Shown one piece after another: positions 40,910 to 54,514 of a DNA stretch of 64,000 nucleotides. The stretch lies in the NCBI GenBank assembly GCA_000165425.1, contig CT868649.1:372001-436000 (forward strand), in the 5' to 3' direction. The notes beneath the pieces were generated by a model that saw only the letters and a list, made by a program, of their open reading frames with translations, searched no databases and was not told where the DNA came from. A program made the position numbers and the translations under genes. The DNA comes from Paramecium tetraurelia. Lineage: Eukaryota. Position 1 is the stretch's first letter. The number at the start of each line of letters is the position of its first letter.

Positions 40910-42458
40910 ATGGGGAACAAAGTATATATCATAAAATCTGCAGACAACTCAATTTTCAATTAGAATCAACCACTAGAAGATTAATTTGACAGTCTAGGAG
41001 GATAATCTTTCCCTCATATCGATCGAGTTGAACTTTATAAATTAAAAAGAGAGAATACTAAATATGCTACAATCTTTGAAAAAAGACATTCGAATACTGC
41101 AACTGATGATGAAGGTCCATTGCTAGAACTTCATGAATAACTTATGCTTCTTAAACATAGCCATCTGGTTAAATACTATGGTCTTTGTATTGATCCTAAT
41201 CTAACTACGAATTTATAAATGAGCAGATGGTTTTATGAGGCTGTGTATAAAACCTTAAAATAGGTGTGTGGACATCATTTTTCAAATAAGAGTTACATTC
41301 CAGAAAGACAATTATGGAAGAGCCTTCACGAAATATTATTAGCCTTACATTTTCTCGATGCAAGATAGAAATGGCATACTCACATTTAACCTGATTCGGT
41401 CTATTTGGATAAAAACGATTCTATCAAACTGATTCCCAAAGGAGTTTTAAGACTTATGAGTGGATATCAAGTTGTACTTACAGGAAAAGGATAAGCATTG
41501 CTATCTCCTTAATAGATGGAAGGTTTGAAATAAAAGCTAGAAATTCCAATTCATGACATTCAAAAGTCTGATGTTTTTTCATTAGGAATGACATTCTTGG
41601 AGTTGATGACATTAAAGGATAGTTTTGAGTGTTATAATTATGATCTTCATAATCCATACATTAAAGAATAAATATTTTAGGAGAGACAATTAGAAGTTTA
41701 ACATATAGGATATTCGACTGATTTAGTCAGAATAGTCTTGACTATGTTATAATATGAAGAAATAGACAGGCCAACCTTTCTTGAATTATTAGTATAATTA
41801 TATTATTACATAGAACTCACATGAAGTTACCTAGAATCTAGAACACTCAAGAAATAATCATTTGCAGCCAACTACTCACACTCCTAAACAAGAATTAAAG
41901 ATCTTTTAAAATAGATTCCCATCAAATTCTTCAAATTTAGAATTAGTTTAACCAAGCATCCCTATTACTAATAATCAATAATAAATACAGTCATCTCCTA
42001 TTAGGATATAATCATAAGTAGTTCCTCCTTAATATTTACCTATCAATAATCCTAAGTAGCAAGAAGCAGATCGTTTAAGATAGGAGTAGATTTTAAGAGA
42101 GTAATAAATTTAATAGCATTTACAATTATAATTAAGATAATAATAATAATTATTACAACAATAATAATAATAATAACAATAATAACAACTATTAATTGAG
42201 TAACAATCACAATAAATACTTCTTTATTAATAATAATTAAATAATTTAAAGAACCTAGCACCTTAGCCTAAATTAAAGGAACAGTAAGCTCCGTAATTAC
42301 AGGATTATATGATACAACCATTACCTACGCCACCAATTATTTTAGATCCTAATGCAAGAAATTCAACTGTCGATGAGTTCTAGGAAAGCCAAGAGCTCAA
42401 AAATAGAATAAATTCAGCTTTAGCATTATCAAGATAAGCTATTAATAAATATAAATGA
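40910..42458 (+). CDS. Protein-kinase-fold pseudokinase with Q-rich tail
   Basis: Intronless frame: MGNK..., LKHSHLVKYYG, IPERQLWKSL, WHTHIQPDSVYL (in place of HRD), IKLIPKG (in place of DFG), LLSPQQ, KSDVFSLGMTFLE, MLQYEEIDRPTF. Confidence 0.82.
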
Positions 42459-42477
42459 TTATTTAATATATTTTATT

Positions 42478-44307
42478 ATGAGAAGAACAACTTAAACTTA
42501 ATAACCAACCTTATTTGATTAAATATTATCTAATGATGATAAGGATGAAGAAGTTTAAGAGAAATCAACTAAAGTATCTAAAGTTAATTAAAGTAAATAA
42601 TCAACAACCCTTACAAAATCTCTCCATAATTTAGTATTCAATATAATTAACTTATAGCAAAATATATTTTATTAAAATACTATGGATTATAAGGAATATA
42701 AGTAATCTTTGCGTTATAACAGTAAAAACTTGAAAAAAATTGAAATAATCAACATTGATAATCCTAATGAAAAGATGATTCGCAGTTTAACTAAATATCC
42801 CTTAAGCAGTTTAGAAGAACTTAAATTAGAAACTGTGGATGTGGCAGATACTTAATTTAAAATATTTAAGGAAAAAGGAGGACTTTCGAAATGTTTTCAA
42901 AATTTAATATAAGTAAAACTTAATTGCCCATCAATGACCACACTTTCTATTGATTATTTATTCCAAGGCATATAAAACATTTAGAATTTAGATTTAAGCT
43001 ATACTAAAATTGATAATTAAGGTATTTACAACTTATGTTAACTAAAATGGCCCTTTTTGAACACTTTTGCTTTATAATGGTGCAACAACATTGATAACCT
43101 AGATGAAATTGGTGAAAATGCTGAAAATTTTCCCAGTTTAAGAAATATTGATGCTCGATTTACTTAAACCGAAAATGGAGCATACAATTCAATTTTTAAT
43201 TCAAAAATTAGCGTTACACTAAATCATTTAAGATTATATGGAACTTTTGTTGATTTAGATACTACTTAGTGGAAATCATTCTACTTATTGAATCTATTCA
43301 TGAATACAATGAAAGATTATAAATTTTAAGAATTTAGAATCTAAAATGATCCTGTCTGTGTTTAAAGTTCAAGCGATTATAAATAAATGAAAATTAATAC
43401 ATGTAATTATTATAGAATACATCAATAGTAATAACCACAGAAAGTTAAAAAATGTATTTGAGTATTTCTTGGAAAATCACTCCAATTTAAGGATTGTTAT
43501 AATTTTTAGATACTGCTGAAAATGTGGAAAGAAAATTTGCTAATTATGGGAAATTATTTGAATTCTTATAAAAGTAATGGTAACTTAGAAAATCTTTGTA
43601 AACTCTTTCCATATGTTTTGATTCAATTTTATGTGATACAAACAACTTCGATATTGTTTTAAAAACTATTGTTGACTTTAAGGAACTTAAAAAACTTAAA
43701 TTTTATGTAAGAAATTAATCTTTACTAAATCTTTCAAGTTACTTATTTTATTTTAATTAAATTGGTGAATTATAATAACTTATGTATCTTCAAGTAAGTA
43801 TTTGATATATTATAGTTAGATTTATAAAATAATGAAATTCTTATTAATGAATCTTTCTTAAATAGAATTATTAGGTCTATCTAATAATTATCATATTTGA
43901 ATTTATTTTACTTGAACATAAGGTTTAATGAAATTTAGAATATCAAAGATTTGCATAACTTTAACTCTTAAATTATTAATTCTATCAAGAACCCTTATTT
44001 GAATCATATTTATTTAATGGAAACTAAAGAAGAGAATCTAAACTATAGATTCAAGCAAGCGCTTTCTCTATTTCATAGCAATGCTTCAAAATTTATAAAT
44101 ATTAATGAATTTCAAAATATTATCCTTTAATAAGATCCACAAAATTTTAAGGAAAAAATTTTTAAATAATAGACAGAACTATTCTATAAGAAAAAGATGA
44201 AATTAATAAGAAGTTGTGTGTTAAGTAATTGTCATTAATTAAATTATGGAAATAGATTTAGACAATAAGTGATTTATTAAATTTTAGACATGATAATTAA
44301 TTCATGA
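42478..44307 (+). CDS. Leucine-rich-repeat (RNI-like) protein
   Basis: LEELKLETVDV, IQNLDLSYTKIDNQGIYNL, LNTFALQWCNNI, LRNIDARFT; tiny introns near 43400 and 43795. Confidence 0.7.
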
Positions 44308-44609
44308 TTTGTTTGTATTTAGATTATACTCTATATATATCATTCATCTAATATAAAAAAGCATCAGCATAGTAATTTCATAAATAAATGGCGGTCTCAT
44401 TAAGATATAAATTATAATTGTTAAATATGGTGTGTAAACGAGTTTTAGCAATATTATTTTTACAATTTATTTATGATAGTATATTTGATTGGAATTAAAT
44501 ATTGATAGAATTTACTTTAAGATATAAGATTAAAATATCGATTTATCAATACACTTATATATCCTAATAAGAAATGAAATAATATTATTTTTTTAGTTAT
44601 TTGTAAAAA

Positions 44610-44790
44610 TCAATTCTTCCCCTTTCTTTATTTTTTAGATCGAGCAACATCCACAACATTCTTTGTTGGGGTTGACTGTGTAGTGTTACTCAATTAAGAG
44701 GGATAAATTTATTTTTCAGGCGTGCATGAAACATTATTATGGTTATTGTTGTTACTATTTTTTTTATTATTATTATTATTATTATTACTA

Positions 44791-44827
<37 letters not shown>

Positions 44828-45482
44828 TATTATTATTATTACTATTACAACCGTTGCTATGATCATCAAGTTCTTTCATTATTTGTTCAAAAGTATTTCT
44901 TAACTTTTAGACTGCTTTTTACTTTTTTAGATTTAGTTTCTTTTTATGCAATTCTAGATCTGATAAATCTTTTCTAAAGTCAAGAACAATATTATTTGAA
45001 TTCTAATAAAAGGAAATTGATTTATTAATTTCATTAGTTGATAATTGTGATATTTATGTATTTTACAAATCAATCTTCTATTCCACTTTTTAATTAAATT
45101 CATTGACATAAGTTACAAAATCCAACTTTTCATTTCTTATCTCTTCCTTAATTTAATCTTTGTAATCTGTCAATTTCTAGATGAGATTATTCATGCAAGT
45201 ATCAAATTATTTATCCACTTATTCAGAATTGTTGTTGATCGACTAAATTGATATGGTAGACAGATTTTCTATTTTGCCTTTCAATTCAGCCTCAAACTCT
45301 GATATTAGTTTTCTTTGATGAGAAACCAGATCATTTGGTACATGAAATTCCAAAAAACAATCAGCACAACCTACTTTTAACATACATGTAGTACCTATCT
45401 TTTATTCATGGTTACATTTTTTGTCTAAGCAGATGTATTTAACTTTCTGACAATCATGGTGTTTAATTCTGCACTAATTCAT
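44610..45482 (-). CDS. B-box-like zinc finger and coiled-coil protein with long polyQ
   Basis: MNQCRIKHH...YICLDKKC...GCADCFLEFH; polyQ encoded by TAA/TAG/CAA at about 44735-44850. Confidence 0.75.
44735..44850 (-). repeat. (TAA/TAG)n coding trinucleotide run, read as polyglutamine
   Basis: Imperfect (tta)n on the + strand, in frame as Gln codons on the - strand. Confidence 0.85.
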
Positions 45483-45518
45483 ATATAAATTAAATTAATG
45501 AGCGCCAAATATAATTAA

Positions 45519-48500
45519 TCAATTCCTAAACTATCTCTATGTCTAGCCATCAGGATAAATTATATCTACATTTCCATTTGGATATTCGATTTACTTTACT
45601 TTTTAACTATTAATTTTTTATATTATTCCATCACTGAAAAATGTCTACTCTTCCCCGCTAGCATTTATGTACTTTTCTGTTCCATCCCCAAATCGAATTT
45701 CCTTAGTGCTGTCGTTAAGATGAATCTCAATCTATTAATTAGAAAATCTGTAGATCTTAAATATATCAAAATATAATACATTTGGTCCATTTGAAATTGT
45801 AATTTAAGTTGTACTGGCATCTGCAAAGTAATATATTACTGTTCCATTAGGCAAAGTCTACTTTAGATCTTTATTAGTAAAGTGGACAATAACATATCCA
45901 TCAGGAAATACTTCCCTTTTGACTCCATTGTGGAAAACTACCTCTTTTTTACCATTAGAATATTATCTTGATATTTTACCATCCGGTCCAACATTTTGAG
46001 AAATTATTTTTGAAGGAACATCCTTATTCTTTTTATAATTTTGATAATAACGATTTTGGTCATAGTTAAATTCCTATTCAGAAATCAAACTATTAATATT
46101 TTTTATAGTAAATGGGATACCCTCATTCTACATTTCAATTAAATCATATTTCTTACTATTTTATTATTAAATTTTTCTTCTCTATTAATCTTGTTCCTCA
46201 TCATTATCCGCTTAATCATCATCACTATTGTCTTCATTTTAATATTCCTCTTCATTTTCATTATCATAATCATCATCTCTATATGAATTTTGTTTATTAT
46301 ATTCTTTTATTGATTGCTTATTTTTTATTGATAAATCCTCTCCAAAACTTGTTGGACTTTGTCCTCTATTATTTTATAAAGGAACTTCTTTCTTTTAAGA
46401 AAGACCAGATGCATTAGATTTCAATTAAATTTATTGTGATTTGCTTTATTAAATTGTAGCCTAAGAGTTTGGTCGCTTTTATTCTAGAAGCCTAAGTTCT
46501 AATGCTTTAACTTCAGCTTATAATTCTTAATTTCTTTATGAGAGCTCTTCATTTTATTTCTTTAATCTATCATAAGATAGCTTATTCTTCTAATCTTTTT
46601 GCTTTTATTCTTCTGTTAATTTTTGTACTTATTACTTTAAGGACTCGATTTCTTCTCTCTCTTTTCTATTAGGCAAATTTTAAATAGTTTTTTATTACCT
46701 ATCTTGAATTCTTTTTTCTCTAAGCATTTTCTTTTTCTCTTCTTCCTTCCATTCTTCTAATTCAAGTTTTTCTATTTCTTTTTACTTTTCCCACTCTTCT
46801 CTCTCTCTTTGTAATTATTTCAATTAATCATCACATTTTACTTTAGCTTTCTTAACTTTTTCATTTTCGCTTTTGAACTTAGCAATTTCTGCATTTAAAT
46901 TATCAATCTTATCTTAAACATATTTCCTGACAATTTCCTCCTCATTTTCTTATGGTTAAGGTTTTTCTTATTTTTTCTCTCTTGCGTCCTTTTCTTTCTT
47001 TAATCCAAAGTATGAATTTGCAATCTTTGATTATTTAGGAGGTTCATCATTCCAGTCCTCATTATCGTCAAATTAATATTCTTAATATGAATCTTGATGA
47101 TTATCAAATTCTTCTTTTTATTTTGATTTTTATTATATTTATTATTATTATTACTGTTATTACTATTATTATTATTGTTTAGGCTGTTATTATTTAACTT
47201 ATTCCTTTGGTACTTCTTATTTTTTTGGTCTTTATTAGGGTTCTTTTTATTCCTATTTAAATTCAACTTTTTATTGTTATTACTATATTTTTTAAGGTTT
47301 AATTTAATTGATTTAGTTTTATATAGGTAAAGTTCCTGAAGCATTATTTTCTTTTAAAATTTCTGCATGTTCTTTCTTAGCAATATCAGATCTTTGTTAA
47401 GCATTTGATAAAAATTATCTAGTTCCTTTTTTCAAGAAGGGTTTCTTCTTGACACGACCTTACTCATCAAAATTAACCTCTTCAAGAGGTTTTTTAAAAT
47501 TATTTTTTGGAGGCATCTCATCAAAATTTTGGTTTTTATTAGATTTTAATGGAATATCATCAAAAGCATTTTTATTTGATTTTATTGGTATATCATCAAA
47601 TGTATTTTTATTTGTTTTAACCGAAATCTCATCAAATGCTTAGTTTTTATTTGTTTTAATAGGAACTTCATCAAACGCTAGGTTTTTATTTGTTTTAATA
47701 GGAACCTCATCAAATGCTGAGTTTTTATTTTTCTTAATTGGAATCTCATCAAATGTATTTTTATTTGTTTTCATAGGAACCTCATCAAAACCTCCTTTAG
47801 AGGTTTTAATAGGGATGTCATCAAATGTTTAATTTTTTGTCGATTTAATTGGTACTTCATCAAATGCATTTTTCTTATTCTTAATTACTTACTCATCTTA
47901 TCCTTTCTTTGAGGGTTTTCTTGGTATATCATCAAAAGTATTTTAATTTTGCTTTTGTGTCTAGATTGGGATTTCATCAAAAGGATTTGAATAGTTTGTT
48001 TTCTTATTGGATTGATCCTCAAATTATTTTTATTATTTTTAATAATATTGCATTTCATCTTACTAATTTTTGGTATAATCATCTTGTTTTTTATTTTGGA
48101 AGGTCATATCATCAAAATTATTATTGTTTTTCATTGGTTTTATAGGCATTTCATCAAATGGATTAGATTGTTATCGAAAATCACATTCATCTTATTAAAA
48201 TAGATGATTTTTTTTTAAATTGGATTTGATTTATTGTTAATCATGGTTGGATTGTTGTATTGGCATATCATCAAAAGCCGATGCTTTTTTTTATTATTAT
48301 TTTTATGATTTAATGTAATTGTCATCGTAATCTGATTTATCAAAATTTGATAATTATTATTTAGTTGATTTCTATTCTCCTTATTCTTATTGTCTTTGTT
48401 AACGTTATTTTTGGTCTTATTTATTTTTATATTAATTAAAATAGTCATTTTCTGGTAAATTATAATCATGAAACTCATTTCTATAATTCTAAGTTATTTA

Positions 48501-48874
48501 AATATCATCAAAATGTAATTATCTATTAGTGTTCACATTGGTTTCCTCCTTAAAATTAGTGCTTACTTCTTGATATTTGTTAGGATTATAAGTGTTGATG
48601 AATTGCGAAGATTATTGTAATTAGCTTTCTTCTGGTTTCATTTGATTATAGAATTAATTCATGTCACATACTTTGTTCTGGTAAAATTTTTCTAAATCAA
48701 AGCCTAAACATAAGCAAATCAATTACCAGATGTTTGGCTTTGCATCATCTACATCATCTGCTGTTAAAACATTTTCATCATGTTCTACATCATGAAATCG
48801 TTGGGATTGATGTTTTGATTCATGACATCATTTTAGAAGATTTGTTAACCTTAATTGCTTCGTTGTTGTTGCAT
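45519..48874 (-). CDS. SAS4: SAS-4/CPAP (CENPJ)-like centriole/basal-body protein
   Basis: C-terminal TCP10/G-box domain (GVKREVFPDGYVIVHFTNKDLKQTLPNGTVIYYFADASTTQIT...QIEIHLNDSTKEIRFGDGT); central coiled coil; KKKPFLKKGTRQF resembling the CPAP PN2-3 tubulin-binding motif. Confidence 0.88.
47509..47870 (-). repeat. Coding tandem repeat, about 10 units of 36-39 nt encoding FD(E/D)(V/I)PIK(T/S)NKN
   Basis: Recurring tcatcaaa every 36-39 nt on the + strand; about five more dispersed copies up to about 48280. Confidence 0.9.
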
Positions 48875-48910
48875 ATAGAAATTGAATTCAAATTTTAACA
48901 ATTAATAACT

Positions 48911-50419
48911 TCAAAATTAACTCCAAAAGTCATAAAGAAATTGGGCTTGGTGATCATTTTAAATCTTCTTCAATTATTAGCAATGTTGCAGGGCTTCCTT
49001 AATAATCTCACTAGTTTTGCTTTCATCAATCAATCTTTGAGTACGAAGTTTGAATTACAACAAGTATAATAATTGAATATATGGGAATCTAATTTATAAT
49101 TTAAAAATTACCTGTTCTCTTTTTCTTCTTCAATAACTTACTTAATGAAATCAATATTTTCATCAAGATATTTATAAATCTCTTAGGTAGCATCCTAAAA
49201 TTCTTTTTAAGTAGTATTAGTAAATGTAAACCCTTCATTATTAATTGTTATATCTATTTCACTTGGAATCAGGAATTTTGAGGATTCATCTTCACTCATT
49301 GTTGTTTCAAGAGACCCATTTTCATAAATTTAATTATGTATCTTTATTTTTAAGTTATCAACTTATTGTTCTTCAAAGGAAATAATGGCATTGCTGCCTT
49401 CCACTCTTACATTAATTATCTTTAATGCATTTTCCTTATTGAATATTTCAAAAGTATTCTCAACATTAGTAACAGCTCTATTAAACGATAATGTGATTGA
49501 ATTATTTGAAACTTTTTCAACTTTTGTTACACCATAAGGTTGAACAACTCCGGCTAGCCATCTATGATATAAATAAACACCATGTTCTTTAGGTTATATA
49601 TAAATTGCTTATTAAATTAGTTCAGTTTCTTCTTTCAATCTATTAAAAGGCAAAGGCAATAATCCTAAGATTTATTCAGTTTTAATTCTTTCGAGGATAT
49701 TCTCAGATTGATTATAATTTTTCATAAAATATTTGCTTCTGAAATGATAAGCTGAAAAATTACTAAAATTTTATTCAATCTAAATAATTATAATGAAATA
49801 TACTTTTTTCTTAGTGAACTCATCTTCCTTTCCAAATGCACTAATTGATGATAGCCAATTTCTATAATTCCAGACATGAAAATTACGTTCATCTCTATCC
49901 AACATTTTGCTACACAACTCGTATTCTTGTCTAATAGCTTCTATCAATTTAAACTAGTCATCTTGATTACTTTATAATATGATTTATTAAATACATTGAA
50001 TTAATGAGCGAATCTATTTCTTAGCTTCTTAATACCATCCATTATCTATGAGTCCAAAGAGTGTATGATTTGGGATGTTATTTTAGCAATATAGCTATGA
50101 GCATAAACTCAGATTAAATCAATTTGAGTAATTGCTTATATGCATCTATGCTTTTTGATTCTTTAAGTAATCCTCCAAGGTGATCAAATTTTGTTTAAAG
50201 TACTTCTCTTCTGTAATTATAAATAGTAGCAATCTCAGGACACAACTTAGCCATAAGCTCTGAAAAAGCCAATTGATCTTCGGGTTGATTCACTTAATTT
50301 TTTCTCACTTTAAAAAAATAGTGTAAAGAATCCAATATCTATTGTCCTTTTTCTGCTCTTTGCTTTATCTCTTCTTCAGACAATGTTTCAGTCTTTGATT
50401 TAGATTAACCATGCATCAT
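48911..50419 (-). CDS. RABGGTA: Rab geranylgeranyltransferase (GGTase II) alpha subunit
   Basis: MMHGQSK N-terminus; PPTA repeats CPEIATIYNYRRE, HPKSYTLWTHRQW, EYELCSKMLDRDERNFHVWNYRNW, FSNFSAYHFRSK, QPKEHGVYLYHRWL. Confidence 0.88.
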
Positions 50420-50464
50420 CTTTTATCAGAATATATAAAATTAAATAAAATAATTTAAAATACA

Positions 50465-51379
50465 TCATTTGAATAAACCAAGGTTGTTTCTTTTCCTTCC
50501 TGTATATTTGGTTGTCTTTTTAACTTTTCTACCTAATCTATTCTATTTTTCTTTTCTTTTCACAATCCACAATTTAGATTTTTCATTTACTTTCTTTTAC
50601 TTTTTTTATTTTCTAATTTTTTTTTAATGTCTTCCAATAACTTTAACCTTTTCCTCATCAGATTCTTCTACTAGTCCTTAAATAACATCCATAGTCTTTT
50701 TGGATGATTATCCTCCTAGTTGTACAACAAGATAAAGCTTTTTGGCTTTGGCAGAATTAGGATAGTCAACAACAATGTCACCACTAAAACCTAATTGAAT
50801 AACTCTTCTTTAGAATACCTGCTCTTAAAGCGGCACTAGTAATCATATTTATTTATTCGTTGTTCTCAGGATAGAATTGGAAAACTGCCCTTGCATTGTT
50901 TTTTAAACAATTTCTAAGTGATTCGAAGAAAACAGTGCATCTTCTGTATGGGTTTTCTGATTTTTTGAAACTCACACAAAGCCATTAGATGACAGAAATA
51001 GAAATAGCAGCATCAAAGACACCTGGTCTAAATTTGAAACCCTGACCAATATCACATAGCAATAATTCCCCCTCAGTCTTTTCCTATTATGCCACATTCA
51101 GCATAGATTCTGAAATGTCTAATCCTACCCAATTCACTCCTTCCTATGTTAGATAAAACCCTGAGATTCCGGAACCACATCCAATGTCAAGTACTAAACT
51201 ACTTTCATCAGGATTTAGATCTAATAATTAGATAGCCCTTTCGCTTAATTAGGTTTGAATGTTGATAATTCTATTACAATTAGTATATTTAACACTTTCC
51301 TATTGATTATAGTACTAGAGAATGAATAGATTATGATATTTACTAAATTTGGTGGTAATTGTGATTCTGGTCGTGACAT
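50465..51379 (-). CDS. BUD23: 18S rRNA (guanine-N7)-methyltransferase BUD23/WBSCR22
   Basis: [98 protein letters not shown]; C-terminal TKYTGRKR. Confidence 0.95.
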
Positions 51380-51414
51380 TAATTTTTATAAATTAATTTT
51401 AATGTTTTATATTC

Positions 51415-52942
<1,528 letters not shown>

Positions 52943-53030
52943 TAAGAAATGAATAAAATATATAAATAATTACCGAATATCTTGAATTTATAATGAATAA
53001 TTTTATTTATTTTTTTTAACTTAATAGAAA

Positions 53031-54362
53031 ATGCAGGAGGTTATTAAAAATTATAAAATTATTAAAAAAATCGGTCAAGGAGCAACTGGAATAGTGTATG
53101 TTGTAGTAGATGAAAATAACAATTATTATGCTTTAAAACTTTAAAGTAATATATCAAATTCTGAAAAAGCAATGAACAAGTAAGGATCCTTATTATTTCT
53201 AGTTAAATCAAGGAAATCAAATTTTAGAATGTTATCAACACTTATGAATAATTTGAATACAAAAAGGACTTTTTTAATTATTTTTGTGTTGTAATGGATT
53301 TTTGTAATACTGGAGATCTTTATTAATATTTGAATTAAAATCATTTTAAACTAACTTTCGAATAGAAGAAGTTTATGTTATTTTAGGTAATTATGTGTCT
53401 CTCTAAAGCAGATAGCTTTTGGTATTTGGGAAATCCATTAATTGAATATTATTCATCGGGATATTAAACCTTCAAATATACTTGTATAGATTTTTAATAA
53501 TGATCAATTTTTATTCAAAATTTGCGATTTAGGATTGTCTAAAATATAAGAAAACCTAAACACTATTAATATCGGAACTCCTTATTATATGGCTCCAGAA
53601 TTAATAGATCCTAATCAATAGAAAGCAGAATACGACAAGTCTGTTGATGTTTGGGCATTTGGAGCACTCATTTTTGATTTCTATTCCAATTAATAATTAT
53701 TTTTTGGACTTAAAATATCTTAAATATTTGACCAAATTAAAAGTGGTTTATTTTTGCAATAAAAGCTTATGGTGTATGTTAAAGATCCACTACTTCTTGA
53801 TATTGCAAAGAGTTGCTTATCCTATTTTCCAAAAGCAAGACCATCTATTGAATAAATCCTTATTTAACTTAATGAACCTTGGTTTTAGTAAAAAAAAAAA
53901 TAATTTATGGAGTAAAATTAAAAAATTTTTAGTCCAAATTAAGATAAGATTTTAGCTTAAATTTAAGATAAAAACGATGAAAAATAACCTTAAAATCAAT
54001 AATATTAAACAGAAAATTCAGTTCAATGTTAAAAAAAAATTGAAGATCAGCCAAAATAAATAATTTAAGAGTAGCAAAAATATGATCAAAACTAAAATAA
54101 AATTTCAGATCAGTCCCAACAAATAATTTAGAATCGGCCAAGCTAATTAGAGTAAAATCAAGCAAGCTAAATAAAATCTAATAGTTATATTCGAAATAAA
54201 GTTAGATTAAGATGTTTGCTATTTGATTAAAACCTAATTGAATAATTGTGCACTATGATAGAAAAAGGATGCTAATAAGATTAAGTTGTGTAATTAATGG
54301 ATGAAGTAATAATAAAATAACTTTAATTCAAAATGAATCAAATTAGAAAGATAAATTAATGA
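53031..54362 (+). CDS. Ser/Thr protein kinase with Q-rich tail
   Basis: IGQGATGIV, YALK, HRDIKPSNIL, ICDLGLSK, GTPYYMAPE, DVWAFG. First in-frame TGA at 54360-54362; could extend to about 54493 if 54306-54346 is an intron. Confidence 0.85.
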
Positions 54363-54514
54363 AAAAATTAATAATGTTTATCAAATAGAAGATAACTTTA
54401 TTTTCATATATTAATTACTATCAAGAGTTAAATAAATTCTTGACTGAATCTATAAAACTAAAGATTTAATAATTTAAAAATAACAATTTATGATGTATAT
54501 TTAAAGTTCAAAGT

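Noticed and set aside
47509..47870. Regularly spaced 36-39 nt repeats superficially like a CRISPR array
   Set aside because: Unit lengths are multiples of 3, vary at synonymous positions, have no unique spacers and lie in frame within SAS-4 in a eukaryotic genome.
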